NCBI GenBank assembly: GCA_037128595.1
Contig: JBAXWB010000008.1
Location: 5,889 to 69,888 of the forward strand
From: a bacterium
GTDB taxonomy: Bacteria; Verrucomicrobiota; Kiritimatiellia; CAIKKV01; CAITUY01
Reading direction: 5' to 3'
Length of the DNA: 64,000 bases
Shown: positions 7,685 to 16,994 of the stretch, in pieces
Numbering within the stretch: the stretch's first letter is position 1
How the letters are laid out: every line of letters begins with the position of its first letter
Position numbers and translations under genes: made by a program
Notes under the pieces: model-generated
Databases searched by the model: none
Told to the model about the DNA's origin: nothing
The model's input: the letters and a program-made list of their open reading frames with translations, nothing else

Positions 7685-9052
7685 ATGAAAACAATTCTGT
7701 GTATTGGGGCGGGGTATGTGGGCGGACCGACGATGGCGATGATTGCCAGGAAGTGTCCGGACTACAAGGTCATTGTGGTGGATATCGACGCCGCCCGCAT
7801 CAAGGCCTGGCAATCGGACCGCCTCCCCATCTATGAACCCGGTCTCCAGGAACTGGTCCAGAAATCGCTCAACAAAAACCTGATCTTCTCGACCGATGTG
7901 GCGCAGGGGATCCGTGACGCCGACATCATCTTCGTGAGCGTCAATACCCCCACCAAGACTTTCGGCCAGGGGGCAGGCCGGGCCGCCGATCTCCAGTACT
8001 GGGAGAAAACCGCGCGGGAGATCAAGGCCAACTCCACCTCCAACAAAATCGTGGTTGAAAAGAGCACCCTGCCGGTGCGGACGGCTGAAGCCATGGAGCG
8101 CATCCTGCACTCGGGCAACAAGACCGTGCATTTCGAGGTGCTCTCGAACCCCGAATTCCTGGCGGAAGGAACCGCGGTCAAGGATCTTGAAAACCCCGAC
8201 CGCGTGCTCATCGGCGGGCACGCCACGGAGTCCGGTCGCAAGGCCCAGGCGGCCCTGGCGGATGTCTATGCCCACTGGGTGCCCCGTGACCGGATCCTGA
8301 CCACCAGCGTCTGGTCCAGCGAATTATCGAAACTGGCGGCCAATGCCTTCCTGGCCCAGCGCATCAGCTCCATCAACAGTCTCTCGGCCTTGTGCGAGCG
8401 GACGGAGGCGGATGTGACCGAGGTGGCCCGGGCCATCGGCATGGATGCCCGGATCGGGTCGCGCTTCCTGAATGCGAGCGTCGGCTTTGGCGGCTCGTGC
8501 TTCAAGAAGGATATCCTGAACCTGGTCTACCTCTGCCAGCATTACGGTCTCAGCGAAGTGGCCGCCTACTGGGAGCAGGTGGTGACCATGAATGAATATC
8601 AGGAAGACCGGTTTGTGCGGAACATGATTGCCACGATGTTCAACACCGTGGCAGGCAAGCGGATCGCGATCCTGGGATTCGCCTTCAAGGCCGATACCGG
8701 TGACACCCGCGAGAGTCCGGCGATCCGCGTCTCCCGCTTCCTGGTGGATGAGCGGGCGGCGGTGGTGGTTACGGATCCCGAGGCGCTGGGCAATGCCAAA
8801 AAGGATCTGGCGGACCTGGGCCCCCAGATCAGCTATGAGCCGGATCCCTACAAGGCCGCCGAGGGCGCGCATGCGCTGGCGATCACCACCGACTGGGCCG
8901 AGTACAAGACGCTGGATTACCACAAGATCTACGCCAGCATGGTGAAGCCGGCCTTTATCTTCGATGGCCGCAATTGCCTGAATCACCAGGAACTCTTTGA
9001 AATCGGCTTCAACGTGTACCCCATCGGGAAGGTACCGTTGAGTCATCTCTGA
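7685..9052 (+). CDS. ugd: UDP-glucose 6-dehydrogenase (eukaryote-like UGDH type)
   Basis: 455 aa. N-terminal Rossmann motif [13 protein letters not shown], catalytic-region [10 protein letters not shown], overall length and collinearity with UGDH. Confidence 0.9.
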   Translation: MKTILCIGAGYVGGPTMAMIARKCPDYKVIVVDIDAARIKAWQSDRLPIYEPGLQELVQKSLNKNLIFSTDVAQGIRDADIIFVSVNTPTKTFGQGAGRAADLQYWEKTAREIKANSTSNKIVVEKSTLPVRTAEAMERILHSGNKTVHFEVLSNPEFLAEGTAVKDLENPDRVLIGGHATESGRKAQAALADVYAHWVPRDRILTTSVWSSELSKLAANAFLAQRISSINSLSALCERTEADVTEVARAIGMDARIGSRFLNASVGFGGSCFKKDILNLVYLCQHYGLSEVAAYWEQVVTMNEYQEDRFVRNMIATMFNTVAGKRIAILGFAFKADTGDTRESPAIRVSRFLVDERAAVVVTDPEALGNAKKDLADLGPQISYEPDPYKAAEGAHALAITTDWAEYKTLDYHKIYASMVKPAFIFDGRNCLNHQELFEIGFNVYPIGKVPLSHL

Positions 9053-9055
9053 AAA

Positions 9056-9376
9056 AAAGGGACTTCACCACTGATTTAAGAAACGGAAGAAATCCAGAAA
9101 AGAAAAGAGAATGTTGCGGGATTTGTATGCGGCGAGTACACCGCATAAAAATCCCGCAACGGTTCTTCCGGGAATCCAAGAACATGAGCGAAGTATCTGA
9201 TCGGGGCACCGTCTCTTCATTATCCCTAATTCCCCGAGAGGGCGTTTCGCGATTTTTGGCAGTGCGTATTCCGCACTGGCGAAAATCGCGAAACATTTTC
9301 TCCTTCGCGAGCCCGCATACAGGACTCAAACTCTTCTCTAGATTTCCTCCGTTTCTTAAATTAGTGGTGAAGTCCT
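9056..9376. mobile_element. MITE-C copy 2 (321 bp; same TIRs, extra internal segments), inserted 3 bp after the ugd stop codon
   Basis: Left TIR aaagggacttcaccactgatttaagaaacggaagaaat. Right TIR atttcctccgtttcttaaattagtggtgaagtcct. Both internal hairpins are conserved. Confidence 0.85.
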
Positions 9377-9423
9377 CTTTCCTGATATTAGTGAGCGGGT
9401 ACGCCCTGGCGACGCCGGTCGCG

Positions 9424-10353
9424 ATGCCTGTCAAGGTGTCTACGGGGGTGGTGAGCCGGGTGGGCCAGCCGGGCCGTCCCAAGGTCGAGCCGGCCTCGTT
9501 GTTGCAGATGGCGACGCTGCAGGCGGCCCTGGACCGGAACGGGTTCGGGGTCGGCCTGATCGATGGCCGCGAAGGCTCGAAAACGGTGCAGGCCCTCAAG
9601 GATTATGCCAGCAGTTACAACCTGACCATCAGCCAGGCGCGCAAGGCCCTGCTGACCACGCTCGAACCGGCCACCCTCACCCACCCCCTGTCCGAGGAGG
9701 AACTGGCCCGGGTGGGCGCGGCCCCGACCGATTACCTTGAAGCGTCCGCCCTGCCCGCGATGGCCTGCGAGAGTCTTGAGGAAGTGCTCTCGGAGCAATT
9801 CCACGTCTCGCCCGTTTACCTGAAACATCTGAATCCTGGCATTACCAATTGGACCGAGGTGGCGGCGGGAACCCTCCTGACCCTTCCCAATAGCCGGCCG
9901 CCCGACTGGTCGGTCCCGGCCGCCCGGCTGGAGGTGGACTGCGATCAGTTCCGGGTCCGCGCCTTTGACACCAACCACGTCATCATCGCCTCGTTCCCCT
10001 GCTCGATTGCCAAACAGCTGCACAAGGTACCGGTGGGCGACCTGACCCTGGTCAGCTTTGCCCCCCACCCGAACTACACCTTTGATCCCGCCAATTTCCC
10101 GGAATCCCCGCGGGCGCGGGAGATCGGACGGAAGCTCATTATTCCACCGGGCCCCAATAATCCGGTGGGCGTCTACTGGTTGACCCTGAGTGCTGCCGGG
10201 TTCGGAATGCATGGCACGCCGCATCCGGAAACCATCGGGCGCCGCGAGTCGCACGGGTGTTTCCGCCTGACGAACTGGGACATCACCACCCTTGCCACCA
10301 TGGTCAAGGAAGGCACCCCGGTGACGGTTAAACTCACCAAAGAAGAACCGTAA
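9424..10353 (+). CDS. L,D-transpeptidase (YkuD domain) with N-terminal peptidoglycan-binding domain
   Basis: Catalytic motif GTPHPETIGRRESHGCFRLTNWDI (conserved His/Cys of L,D-TPases). PG-binding-like GSKTVQALKDYASSYNL. The upstream part of the long ORF lies in MITE-C, so the start is set at Met100. A GTG start near 9391 is possible. Confidence 0.7.
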   Translation: MPVKVSTGVVSRVGQPGRPKVEPASLLQMATLQAALDRNGFGVGLIDGREGSKTVQALKDYASSYNLTISQARKALLTTLEPATLTHPLSEEELARVGAAPTDYLEASALPAMACESLEEVLSEQFHVSPVYLKHLNPGITNWTEVAAGTLLTLPNSRPPDWSVPAARLEVDCDQFRVRAFDTNHVIIASFPCSIAKQLHKVPVGDLTLVSFAPHPNYTFDPANFPESPRAREIGRKLIIPPGPNNPVGVYWLTLSAAGFGMHGTPHPETIGRRESHGCFRLTNWDITTLATMVKEGTPVTVKLTKEEP

Positions 10354-10526
10354 GGGCGTGACAAATTCCTGATAATGCCCGAAAATCCATATTATCATGG
10401 CGCCCTATATATTCAGGCACCTACCCTTGCAGCAAGAAAATGCAAAGAGGTTTTCACACCCGCTTCGCTCAAGTCGCGAAGAACGCAAAGGTGTCTGCGG
10501 CGAAGACGCCGCAGCCTTGGGTGGAG

Positions 10527-10943
10527 CTAGAAATCAACATCTTCAGAATCGGCACCATGTAAAATTAATCGGCAAATTCCACCTTTAAGAACTACAGAAT
10601 GGAAGTTGATTAAAAGCCCCAAAGGAGCGTTCATTAATTTCATGTAAGAAAGGAGTTGTGCCTTATGAATGGGGAGGAGCCGTTCGACCGCCTTGATTTC
10701 AATAATCAGACAATCATCAACAATCATGTCGAGTCGTAAAGAATGATCAAGTAGTTTGCCTTTGTATTCAAGGGGAACCAAGACTTGATTGGCGACCTGA
10801 ATTTTACGGTCTTCGAATTCGCATATCAGACATTTTTCATATATATCCTCAAGGAGTCCCGGTCCCTTTTGCCGGTGAACTTCAATGGCGGCACCAATTA
10901 CTGCCTCGCTCCATGTGTTTGCCCTGGTATAATCTTTGTGCAT
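10527..10943 (-). CDS. GxxExxY family protein (TIGR04256-like small protein)
   Basis: 138 aa. IGAAIEVHRQKGPGLLEDIYEKCLICEFEDRKI matches the GxxExxY signature. The local segment is visibly AT-rich relative to its flanks and is bounded by GC-rich hairpins. Confidence 0.7.
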   Translation of the reverse strand: MHKDYTRANTWSEAVIGAAIEVHRQKGPGLLEDIYEKCLICEFEDRKIQVANQVLVPLEYKGKLLDHSLRLDMIVDDCLIIEIKAVERLLPIHKAQLLSYMKLMNAPLGLLINFHSVVLKGGICRLILHGADSEDVDF

Positions 10944-11189
10944 GCAAGCGATTAACCTTATTTTATCGCTATACGCAAGCTAAATATTATTTAGTTTAGC
11001 TGCGGCGTCTCCCGCCTGCATCGCTATGCGAAGCATTGCGGGCAGGTCGCCGCAGCTAACTTTGCGATCTTTGCGATCTTCTGTTCAAACTCTTGATTTC
11101 GGTTCCGGTTATGCCGGGTTAGGACACGGAGACTCCCGCGGCAAGAGTTTTGTCGTGCGCCCGTACCGTAAAGCGCGAATTTAACGGTC

Positions 11190-11615
11190 TTGTTGTTTTC
11201 CAAAGACTCTAATAATCTCCTTTTAATGAACGGGATGATGCCATTTGTGTGGGTGGGGGTGGGCGGACTGGTGGGAAGTCTGTGTCGGTATGGCTTTACC
11301 CTGAGCCTGAGTCATCCTGCCGCCAGCCTGCCCTGGGGGACGCTGGCATCCAACCTCGCAGGCTGCCTGGTGATTGGCATGGTCAGCCAGCTGGCCGCCG
11401 ACACCGAGCTGCTGTCGCCCGCGACCCGGCTCTTTCTCGCCACCGGCTTCTGCGGCGGCTTCACCACGCTTTCCTCGCTGATTTATGAACTGATCCAGAT
11501 GGTGCGGGATGGCGAATGGCTGCATGCCATCCTCTACCTGAACGGCACCTTTTTCGGCGCCACCGTGGCCTTTCTGCTGGGAATGATGCTGGTGAAAAGA
11601 GTCCTGAGTCCGTAA
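11190..11615 (+). CDS. crcB: Fluoride ion channel CrcB/Fluc
   Basis: Four-TM small protein with GTLASNLAGCLVIGM and GFCGGFTTLSS motifs. The true start is probably Met13 (MNGMMPF, position 11226). Confidence 0.8.
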   Translation: MLFSKDSNNLLLMNGMMPFVWVGVGGLVGSLCRYGFTLSLSHPAASLPWGTLASNLAGCLVIGMVSQLAADTELLSPATRLFLATGFCGGFTTLSSLIYELIQMVRDGEWLHAILYLNGTFFGATVAFLLGMMLVKRVLSP

Positions 11616-11627
11616 GGAGGGTCGTTA

Positions 11628-11968
11628 TGCAACCGGAGAATGAAGCGAAATTGCTACGTGTGTTTATTGGCGAAGGCGACCGGCATCACCACTCGTCGCT
11701 CCATGAGGTGATTGTGCTCAAGGCCCAGGAGGCAGGGCTGGCGGGCGCCACGGTATTGCGGGGCCTGATGTCGTATGGCACCTCCGGAAAACTCCGATCC
11801 ACCCGCATCCTGGATTTGTCGGCGGATCTCCCGGTGGTGGTCGAAATCGTGGATCAGGCCGGGCGCATCACCGCCTTTCTACCGCTGCTGAATCGCCTGC
11901 TCGACGAGGCTGGCTGCGGCGGACTGGTGACGCTGGAGACCGTCCAGATTCAATGGCGTTCAAAATGA
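11628..11968 (+). CDS. DUF190 (PII-like) protein commonly paired with crcB
   Basis: MQPENEAKLLRVFIGEGDRHHHSSLHEVIVLKAQEAGLAGATVLRG… is typical of DUF190. Lies 13 bp downstream of crcB. Confidence 0.7.
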
Positions 11969-12768
11969 GCGAATTTCCACCCCTTCCCCTGCTTGCCAAG
12001 CCCCGCCGTTTCCGGCTCGGGCTCACCTCCTATGTCTATCCCGCCGACCTGATCACGAATGTCCGGCAACTGGCGCCTTATGCGGACGACATTGAGATTG
12101 TTTTCTTCGAGTCGAAGGAGTCCTCCAATTTTCCGGATCCGGCGGAGGTGGAGGAGTTGCGCCAACTGGCTGAACAGCACCAGCTGAGTTATACCATCCA
12201 TTTCCCGATTGATAAGGCCTTGGGCAGTGCCAACCGCGAGGAACGGGAGCAGTTCCTGAGTACCGCCCTGCGGATTATTGAACTCTGCCGCCCGCTGAAG
12301 CCCTACGGGTGGATCCTGCACCTGGAGGGGATCGAGGCCACCGCCTCGCAAGCCCGGATCAACACCTGGCGCCATGACCTGGCGCCGCTGTTGCGGATCC
12401 TGGCAGGCATCGTGGATGACCCCACCCGCCTCTGTGTAGAGAATCTGGGTTACCCCTTCGCCTGGTGCGAGCCCCTGCTGCTTGACCACCCCTTCAGCAT
12501 CTGCCTCGACCTGGGGCATCTGCTCCAGATGGGTTATGACTGGCGCCAGCACGTCTCCCAGTGGCTGCCCCGCACCCGGATCGTCCACCTGTATGGCTCG
12601 AACACCACCTCCCGGCATTACTCGCTGGAGATGACCCCCAAGCCGCTGGTGCAGGAATTTTTGACGTCCCTTAAGTCATACACCGGGGTCCTGACCCTGG
12701 AGACCTTTGGGTTTGAGGATACCGCCCCCTCCCTCACCCGGTTGCAAGAATGCCTGGGCAACTCATAA
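11953..12768 (+). CDS. Xylose-isomerase-like TIM-barrel (AP endonuclease 2 superfamily) protein; candidate CbiR-type cobamide remodeling phosphodiesterase
   Basis: 271 aa. TIM-barrel sugar-phosphate isomerase/epimerase-like features (…IHFPIDK…HLEG…). Sits immediately upstream of cobU. The CbiR call rests on context only. Confidence 0.5.
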   Translation: MAFKMSEFPPLPLLAKPRRFRLGLTSYVYPADLITNVRQLAPYADDIEIVFFESKESSNFPDPAEVEELRQLAEQHQLSYTIHFPIDKALGSANREEREQFLSTALRIIELCRPLKPYGWILHLEGIEATASQARINTWRHDLAPLLRILAGIVDDPTRLCVENLGYPFAWCEPLLLDHPFSICLDLGHLLQMGYDWRQHVSQWLPRTRIVHLYGSNTTSRHYSLEMTPKPLVQEFLTSLKSYTGVLTLETFGFEDTAPSLTRLQECLGNS

Positions 12769-12800
12769 TCGTAATCGCAATCTTAATCTTAATCGTAATC
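12766..12800. repeat. Hexamer array (TAATCG-type), left arm of second inverted pair
   Basis: ataatcgtaatcgcaatcttaatcttaatcgtaatc. Confidence 0.8.
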
Positions 12801-12879
12801 TGTTTTTCAGGTAATCATGCAGGGGCTATTAATTTGACCCTCCGGCACTGGTTTCGACGGAGCGAAACCCTCCATTAAT

Positions 12880-12944
12880 GATTGAAATCATGAAAATATC
12901 ATGTGTTTTCCCAATGGAGGGATGCGCTCCGTCGCATCCGCAGC
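12880..12944. repeat. Repeat B copy 2
   Basis: Matches 1907-1971 with 1-2 mismatches. Confidence 0.8.
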
Positions 12945-12986
12945 GACAAAACAAGCCCAAACAAAAGCCCCTGCATTATCGCCAGA

Positions 12987-13013
12987 GATTAAGATTACGA
13001 TTAAGATTACGAT
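12987..13013. repeat. Hexamer array (GATTAA/GATTAC), right arm; inverted relative to 12766-12800
   Basis: gattaagattacgattaagattacgat. Confidence 0.8.
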
Positions 13014-13038
13014 AAAGGCTGAAATATTGGAGAATGAA

Positions 13039-13551
13039 ATGAACATTACACTGATACTCGGGGGAGCCCGGAGCGGGAAGAGCACTCATGCCCAGAAACT
13101 GGCCGAACAGGGGTGGCAGCATCCGCTGTATCTGGCGACCGCAGAAACGCTCGACCAGGAAATGATGGAGCGGGTGAAGTTGCACCGCCAGCAGCGGGGG
13201 CCGAAGTGGGGCTGTGTGGAGGAACCCCTGGACCTGGCCCGGGTGATCCAGTCCCACACACCGAAACGCGACGGCATATTGATCGACTGCGCCACCTTAT
13301 GGCTGACCAATGTGCTGCTGAAGGAGGGCGAGCCCGCCGTGCAGGCGCGAAAGCAGGAGCTGATTAAGGCGCTCACCGCCAGTCCCTGCGATGTGATCAT
13401 CGTCAGCAATGAGGTCGGAATGGGCATCGTGCCGGACTCGGCGCTCGGCCGCACCTTCCGGGACTTGCAGGGCTGGCTGAACCAGGACCTGGCGGCTGTT
13501 GCCGACACCGTGCTCTTCGTGATCGCCGGCATCCCGATGAAGATCAAGTGA
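13039..13551 (+). CDS. cobU: Bifunctional adenosylcobinamide kinase / adenosylcobinamide-phosphate guanylyltransferase
   Basis: 170 aa. P-loop ILGGARSGKS at the N-terminus; size and pattern match CobU/CobP. The start is set at Met47 of the ORF because upstream codons lie in the hexamer array. Confidence 0.85.
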   Translation: MNITLILGGARSGKSTHAQKLAEQGWQHPLYLATAETLDQEMMERVKLHRQQRGPKWGCVEEPLDLARVIQSHTPKRDGILIDCATLWLTNVLLKEGEPAVQARKQELIKALTASPCDVIIVSNEVGMGIVPDSALGRTFRDLQGWLNQDLAAVADTVLFVIAGIPMKIK

Positions 13552-13555
13552 GCCG

Positions 13556-13640
13556 TGGTCAGTAGGCAGTGAGCAGTAGGCAGTTGGCAGAAAGGCCCGT
13601 GGCTACTGCCCACTGCCTACTGCTCACTGCCTACTGCGGA
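13556..13640. terminator. Palindromic heptamer array (GGCAGTR x5, then its reverse complement); probable bidirectional terminator between convergent cobU and the GT2 gene
   Basis: cagtaggcagtgagcagtaggcagttggcag…ctgcccactgcctactgctcactgcctactg is a perfect long hairpin between two convergent stops. It overlaps the GT2 ORF stop by ~16 nt. Confidence 0.6.
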
Positions 13641-14319
13641 AGTGGTGGAGCATTTTTAAAAACAGGATGGCATCTTTGATGGGATGGATCTTGCTCTGCT
13701 CGGAGCCGTAGATCGTGGCAATGGGGACGGATCCGATCTTGACGCCCCGCCGGCTTAACTCCATGAGGATTTCCGATTCGGCGGCAAACCGCCGGGATTG
13801 GGCGGATAGTTCCGGCACCACGGCCAGGACATAGAGCCGGTACCCACATTGGGTGTCGGGCACCCGCTGCCCCATCTCGCGGCTCAACAGCCAGCTCATG
13901 AAGCGGTTGGTCAGGCGCCGCACCCAGGGCATGCTCCGGGTATCCGACATCCGGGTCCCAATGAGAACGGGCGTCCCCGACTTCCTGAATTCCTGAATAA
14001 ACGCCGGGAGATCCGATGGGGCATGCTGGCCGTCCCCATCCAGGGTGATGGCGAACTCAAAGCCCCGCTCCCGTGCGCTGCGGAAGCCGGTTTCGAGCGC
14101 CGCCCCCTTCCCGCAATTGGTCTCATGCCGGATCACGATGGCCCCGGCCCGCTCCGCCTGGCCGGCGGTTTCGTCGGGTGACCCGTCATCCACCACGAGC
14201 ACATCAGGAACAAAGGCGCGGACGCCCTCCACCACGGCCCCGATGCGGCCGGCTTCCCGGTAGGCGGGGATAATCACACACCCTCTGGGGTCCGGCCTGG
14301 ATGTTGTTAGTGGATTCAT
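13624..14319 (-). CDS. Family 2 glycosyltransferase (polyprenyl-phosphate sugar transferase-like; DPM1/ArnC-like)
   Basis: CVIIPAYREAGRIGAVVEGV…VVDDGSPDETA…ITLDGDGQH: the DxD and GT-A fold motifs of GT2. Confidence 0.8.
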   Translation of the reverse strand: MNPLTTSRPDPRGCVIIPAYREAGRIGAVVEGVRAFVPDVLVVDDGSPDETAGQAERAGAIVIRHETNCGKGAALETGFRSARERGFEFAITLDGDGQHAPSDLPAFIQEFRKSGTPVLIGTRMSDTRSMPWVRRLTNRFMSWLLSREMGQRVPDTQCGYRLYVLAVVPELSAQSRRFAAESEILMELSRRGVKIGSVPIATIYGSEQSKIHPIKDAILFLKMLHHFRSRQ

Positions 14320-14476
14320 CTAGAACAAAAATTACTAAACTTTATCTAAAACCGCAATGAGACACATCGGGGAGCCCATGGCAGCAATCTAAATATCCAG
14401 CAGAATCAAGATAATCAGACAGAATTCACGAAATGTTTATAATGGTGGTGGGTGCCTCCCTTTGTTGTGCCGCCCT

Positions 14477-14553
14477 CTGTGGGGCGGATGTCCCCATCCG
14501 CCTTGTTGCCAGTTGGACCCTCAGACAGGCGGATGGGGACATCCGCCCCACAA
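14477..14553 (-). terminator. Perfect 23-bp stem hairpin downstream of the LPLAT gene
   Basis: ggggcggatgtccccatccgcct … aggcggatggggacatccgcccc, 49 bp after the stop at 14602. Confidence 0.5.
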
Positions 14554-14601
14554 CTCAGATTAGATGAGTCTTCCCTGTCGTGGGGCCCAGGGGCAGCAAC
14601 C

Positions 14602-15510
14602 TTACTTTCCGGAGGCGCCGTAGCTGAGGCCGCCCCAGACGGGCTGGAACATGAACCACTGGTGGGGATAGGCGCCAATCGCGTCTTCCAGCGCGGCACT
14701 GATCTGCTCCTGAAGGGCCTCCTGGGACATGCCCGGCAAGGGGATGATCGGCGGATACATCTTCATCAGAAACGTATCATCCTCGTTGCGCAACACGAAC
14801 CCCGGCAGGATCACGGCGCCGGTCTTGGCGGCCAGCCAGGAGGCGCCCCGCGGCATATAGGCCGGAGCGCCGCACAGCAGGGTGGTCTCATGATGCTCCG
14901 AGTAATCCCGGTCGGCCAGCAGGGCTATAAATTCCTTGCGTCGCAAGGCGCCCACCAACCGCTTGACCGAGGAGCCCAACGGCACCACCACCATGCCCCG
15001 TTTGCGCCGGTGCTTCTGAAAGAAATCATTCAATTTGGCCGAGGGCTGTTTCAACGCCACCACATTGATGGGGTACCCCATTCCCGCCAGTACCGCCCCG
15101 CCAATCTCCCAGTTCCCCAGATGGGCCGTCACCGCGATGACTCCCTTGCCCATCTGCCAAGCCTGCTCAATGTACTCCGGATGCTCAATGGTCACCAACC
15201 GCTTGATATCCGCTTCGCTCAGCCGCTGAAACCGGAAAAAATCAACCAGATATTTTCCAAAAAACTGGAACGTGGTGCGGGTGGTCAACTTGAGCTCCCG
15301 CTCCGTGGGGTGCTGTCCCCGGAAGGCCATCACCTGCCGCAGATTGGCGGTGACCGCCGCGCGGCCCCGCCGCTCGAAAAAGAAGTACCCATCAGAAATC
15401 CGCAGACTGAGCCAATAGGCAAAATGCAAGGGGATGGTGCGGCATAAAAACCCGGCGACCCAATAGGCGGCATATTCAACCACAGGGGCCTCCCGCCTTT
15501 TCCCCGCCAT
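14602..15510 (-). CDS. Lysophospholipid/lipid A acyltransferase (LpxL/HtrB-like LPLAT)
   Basis: The N-terminal membrane anchor and HtrB-like architecture support the LPLAT call. I cannot point to the canonical HX4D catalytic motif by eye, so the family assignment rests on overall similarity. Start chosen at MAGKRREAP. Confidence 0.7.
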   Translation of the reverse strand: MAGKRREAPVVEYAAYWVAGFLCRTIPLHFAYWLSLRISDGYFFFERRGRAAVTANLRQVMAFRGQHPTERELKLTTRTTFQFFGKYLVDFFRFQRLSEADIKRLVTIEHPEYIEQAWQMGKGVIAVTAHLGNWEIGGAVLAGMGYPINVVALKQPSAKLNDFFQKHRRKRGMVVVPLGSSVKRLVGALRRKEFIALLADRDYSEHHETTLLCGAPAYMPRGASWLAAKTGAVILPGFVLRNEDDTFLMKMYPPIIPLPGMSQEALQEQISAALEDAIGAYPHQWFMFQPVWGGLSYGASGK

Positions 15511-16378
15511 GAAATTGATGTTCGGCCCTATAGGAGGAACGGACCATCGGGGCGGACGCCACGTTACGGAACCCGAGGGCCTGACCGTGCCGGGCATAGT
15601 CCTCAAATTGCGCGGGCGTCACATAGCGCGTGACCGGAGCATGCGCCGTCGAGGGCGCCAGATACTGCCCGATCGTCAGCAAGGCCACCCCGGCCCGCCT
15701 CAAATCGCCCATCGCCTCATAGACCTCCTCGTCCGTCTCGCCCAGTCCGACCATCAGGCCGGATTTCACATCCGTGCGCCCCCCCCGCTGCGCCGCATAG
15801 GCCAGTACCGCCAGGGAGCACTCATAGCTGGCTGCGGGACGGATCGTCTTCTGCAATGAGCGGACCGTCTCCAGATTATGGTTGAAGACATCGGGTCCGG
15901 CCTCCAACACCACGTCGATATCCCGTTCCACGCCTTTGAAATCCGGCGTCAACACCTCCACGGTGGCCTCCGGCAACTGGCTCCGGATGGCCTGGATGGT
16001 GGCGGCAAAATGATGGGCGCCGCCATCGACGAGATCATCGCGGGTGACACTCGTGACCACGACGTGCCTGAGTTTGAGCCGGGCCACCGCCTCGGCCAGG
16101 CGGCGGGGTTCATCCGGATCGACCGCCGGGGGCTGGCCTGACTGGACGGCACAGAAGCGGCAGTCGCGGGTGCAGGTATCCCCGAGGATCATGAAGGTGG
16201 CGACGCCGCGACTGAAACACTCGTGCTGATTGGGACACCGCGCGCCCTGGCAGACCGTATGCAGGTCACTGGCCTTGAGCAGCTGGTTCACCGCGTCCTG
16301 AGTACCGTGTCCTGAATACCGGATCCGGATCCAGGGCGGGAGGCGCGGGCCCTGATTGTGTTTTTCAGCGCCAGTCAT
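15476..16378 (-). CDS. lipA: Lipoyl synthase
   Basis: Radical-SAM CTRDCRFCAV motif plus the N-terminal CxxxxCxxxxxC cluster (CQGARCPNQHEC). Confidence 0.9.
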   Translation of the reverse strand: MTGAEKHNQGPRLPPWIRIRYSGHGTQDAVNQLLKASDLHTVCQGARCPNQHECFSRGVATFMILGDTCTRDCRFCAVQSGQPPAVDPDEPRRLAEAVARLKLRHVVVTSVTRDDLVDGGAHHFAATIQAIRSQLPEATVEVLTPDFKGVERDIDVVLEAGPDVFNHNLETVRSLQKTIRPAASYECSLAVLAYAAQRGGRTDVKSGLMVGLGETDEEVYEAMGDLRRAGVALLTIGQYLAPSTAHAPVTRYVTPAQFEDYARHGQALGFRNVASAPMVRSSYRAEHQFHGGEKAGGPCG

Positions 16379-16408
16379 ATAGGCCCTTCCTGTTGGACCG
16401 GAAAAGAA

Positions 16409-16978
16409 TTAGGAGAACTCGCTCTCAACCGCGTCCAGGATCAGGTGCAACAGCACCTGGTGCGCTTCCTGGATACGCTCAGTGGCCTTGCCCTTGACAA
16501 TGATTTCAAGGTCGCATCTTCCCGCCAGCGGGCCACCGTCTTTGCCCAGGAGCCCGATCACTTTCATGCCTTTGGCCTGGGCCGCCTCGAGGGCCAACCG
16601 GAGATTCACCGCCGCCCCACTGGTGCTGAAGAGCACCAGGATGTCGCCGGACTGACCGAGTCCTTCAATCTGCCGGCTGAAAAGCTGATCGTAGCCAAAG
16701 TCGTTGGCGATGCAGGTGAGGGCCGTGCCATCGGCCATCAGGGCCAGCCCCGGCAGGGAGCGTCGATTGCCACGGAAACGGCCCAGCAGTTCCTCGGCCA
16801 TATGCATGGCCTCCGCGGCACTGCCGCCATTCCCCGCCGTCAGCACCTTGTTCCCGTTTTTAAGCGAGGCCACCACCAGCCGGCAGATGGCGTCCAGCGT
16901 CTGGACCTGATCCACCAGTGTGCCCACCGTCCGTGCGCTCTCTTCAATCCCGCTCAATAGTCTGGCTATTTCCGACAT
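16409..16978 (-). CDS. gmhA: D-sedoheptulose-7-phosphate isomerase (SIS domain)
   Basis: 189 aa. SIS phosphosugar-binding motifs (…VLTAGNGGSAAEAMH…ILVLFSTSG…). Confidence 0.85.
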   Translation of the reverse strand: MSEIARLLSGIEESARTVGTLVDQVQTLDAICRLVVASLKNGNKVLTAGNGGSAAEAMHMAEELLGRFRGNRRSLPGLALMADGTALTCIANDFGYDQLFSRQIEGLGQSGDILVLFSTSGAAVNLRLALEAAQAKGMKVIGLLGKDGGPLAGRCDLEIIVKGKATERIQEAHQVLLHLILDAVESEFS

Positions 16979-16994
16979 CGCTGTCCTCCCCGGA

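Noticed and set aside
10397-10588. 63-aa ORF between the L,D-transpeptidase and GxxExxY genes
   Set aside because: It spans the terminator hairpin and intergenic region, with no RBS and no recognisable features. Probably non-coding.
12805-12880. Possible cobalamin riboswitch upstream of cobU (ggcactgg resembles the B12-box GCCACUG)
   Set aside because: Only a partial match to the B12 box, with none of the other conserved cobalamin-aptamer segments visible. The neighbouring sequence is repeat B, which also occurs at 1.9 kb, unrelated to any cob gene.
14420-14445. Sequence ttcacgaaatgttt resembling the arms of the 7417-7521 palindrome
   Set aside because: Only a ~14-nt similarity with no second arm. 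Could be chance or a shared promoter motif, and is not enough to call another element copy.
16358-16960. 200-aa plus-strand ORF antisense to gmhA. Also many antisense ORFs inside rpoB, rpoC, fusA, tuf, secY, ugd, nspC and others (for example 47528-48742, 55031-56830, 20001-20660, 6188-7204)
   Set aside because: These are high-GC antisense open frames lying fully inside strongly supported conserved genes. No family resemblance, and the composition is typical of shadow ORFs.
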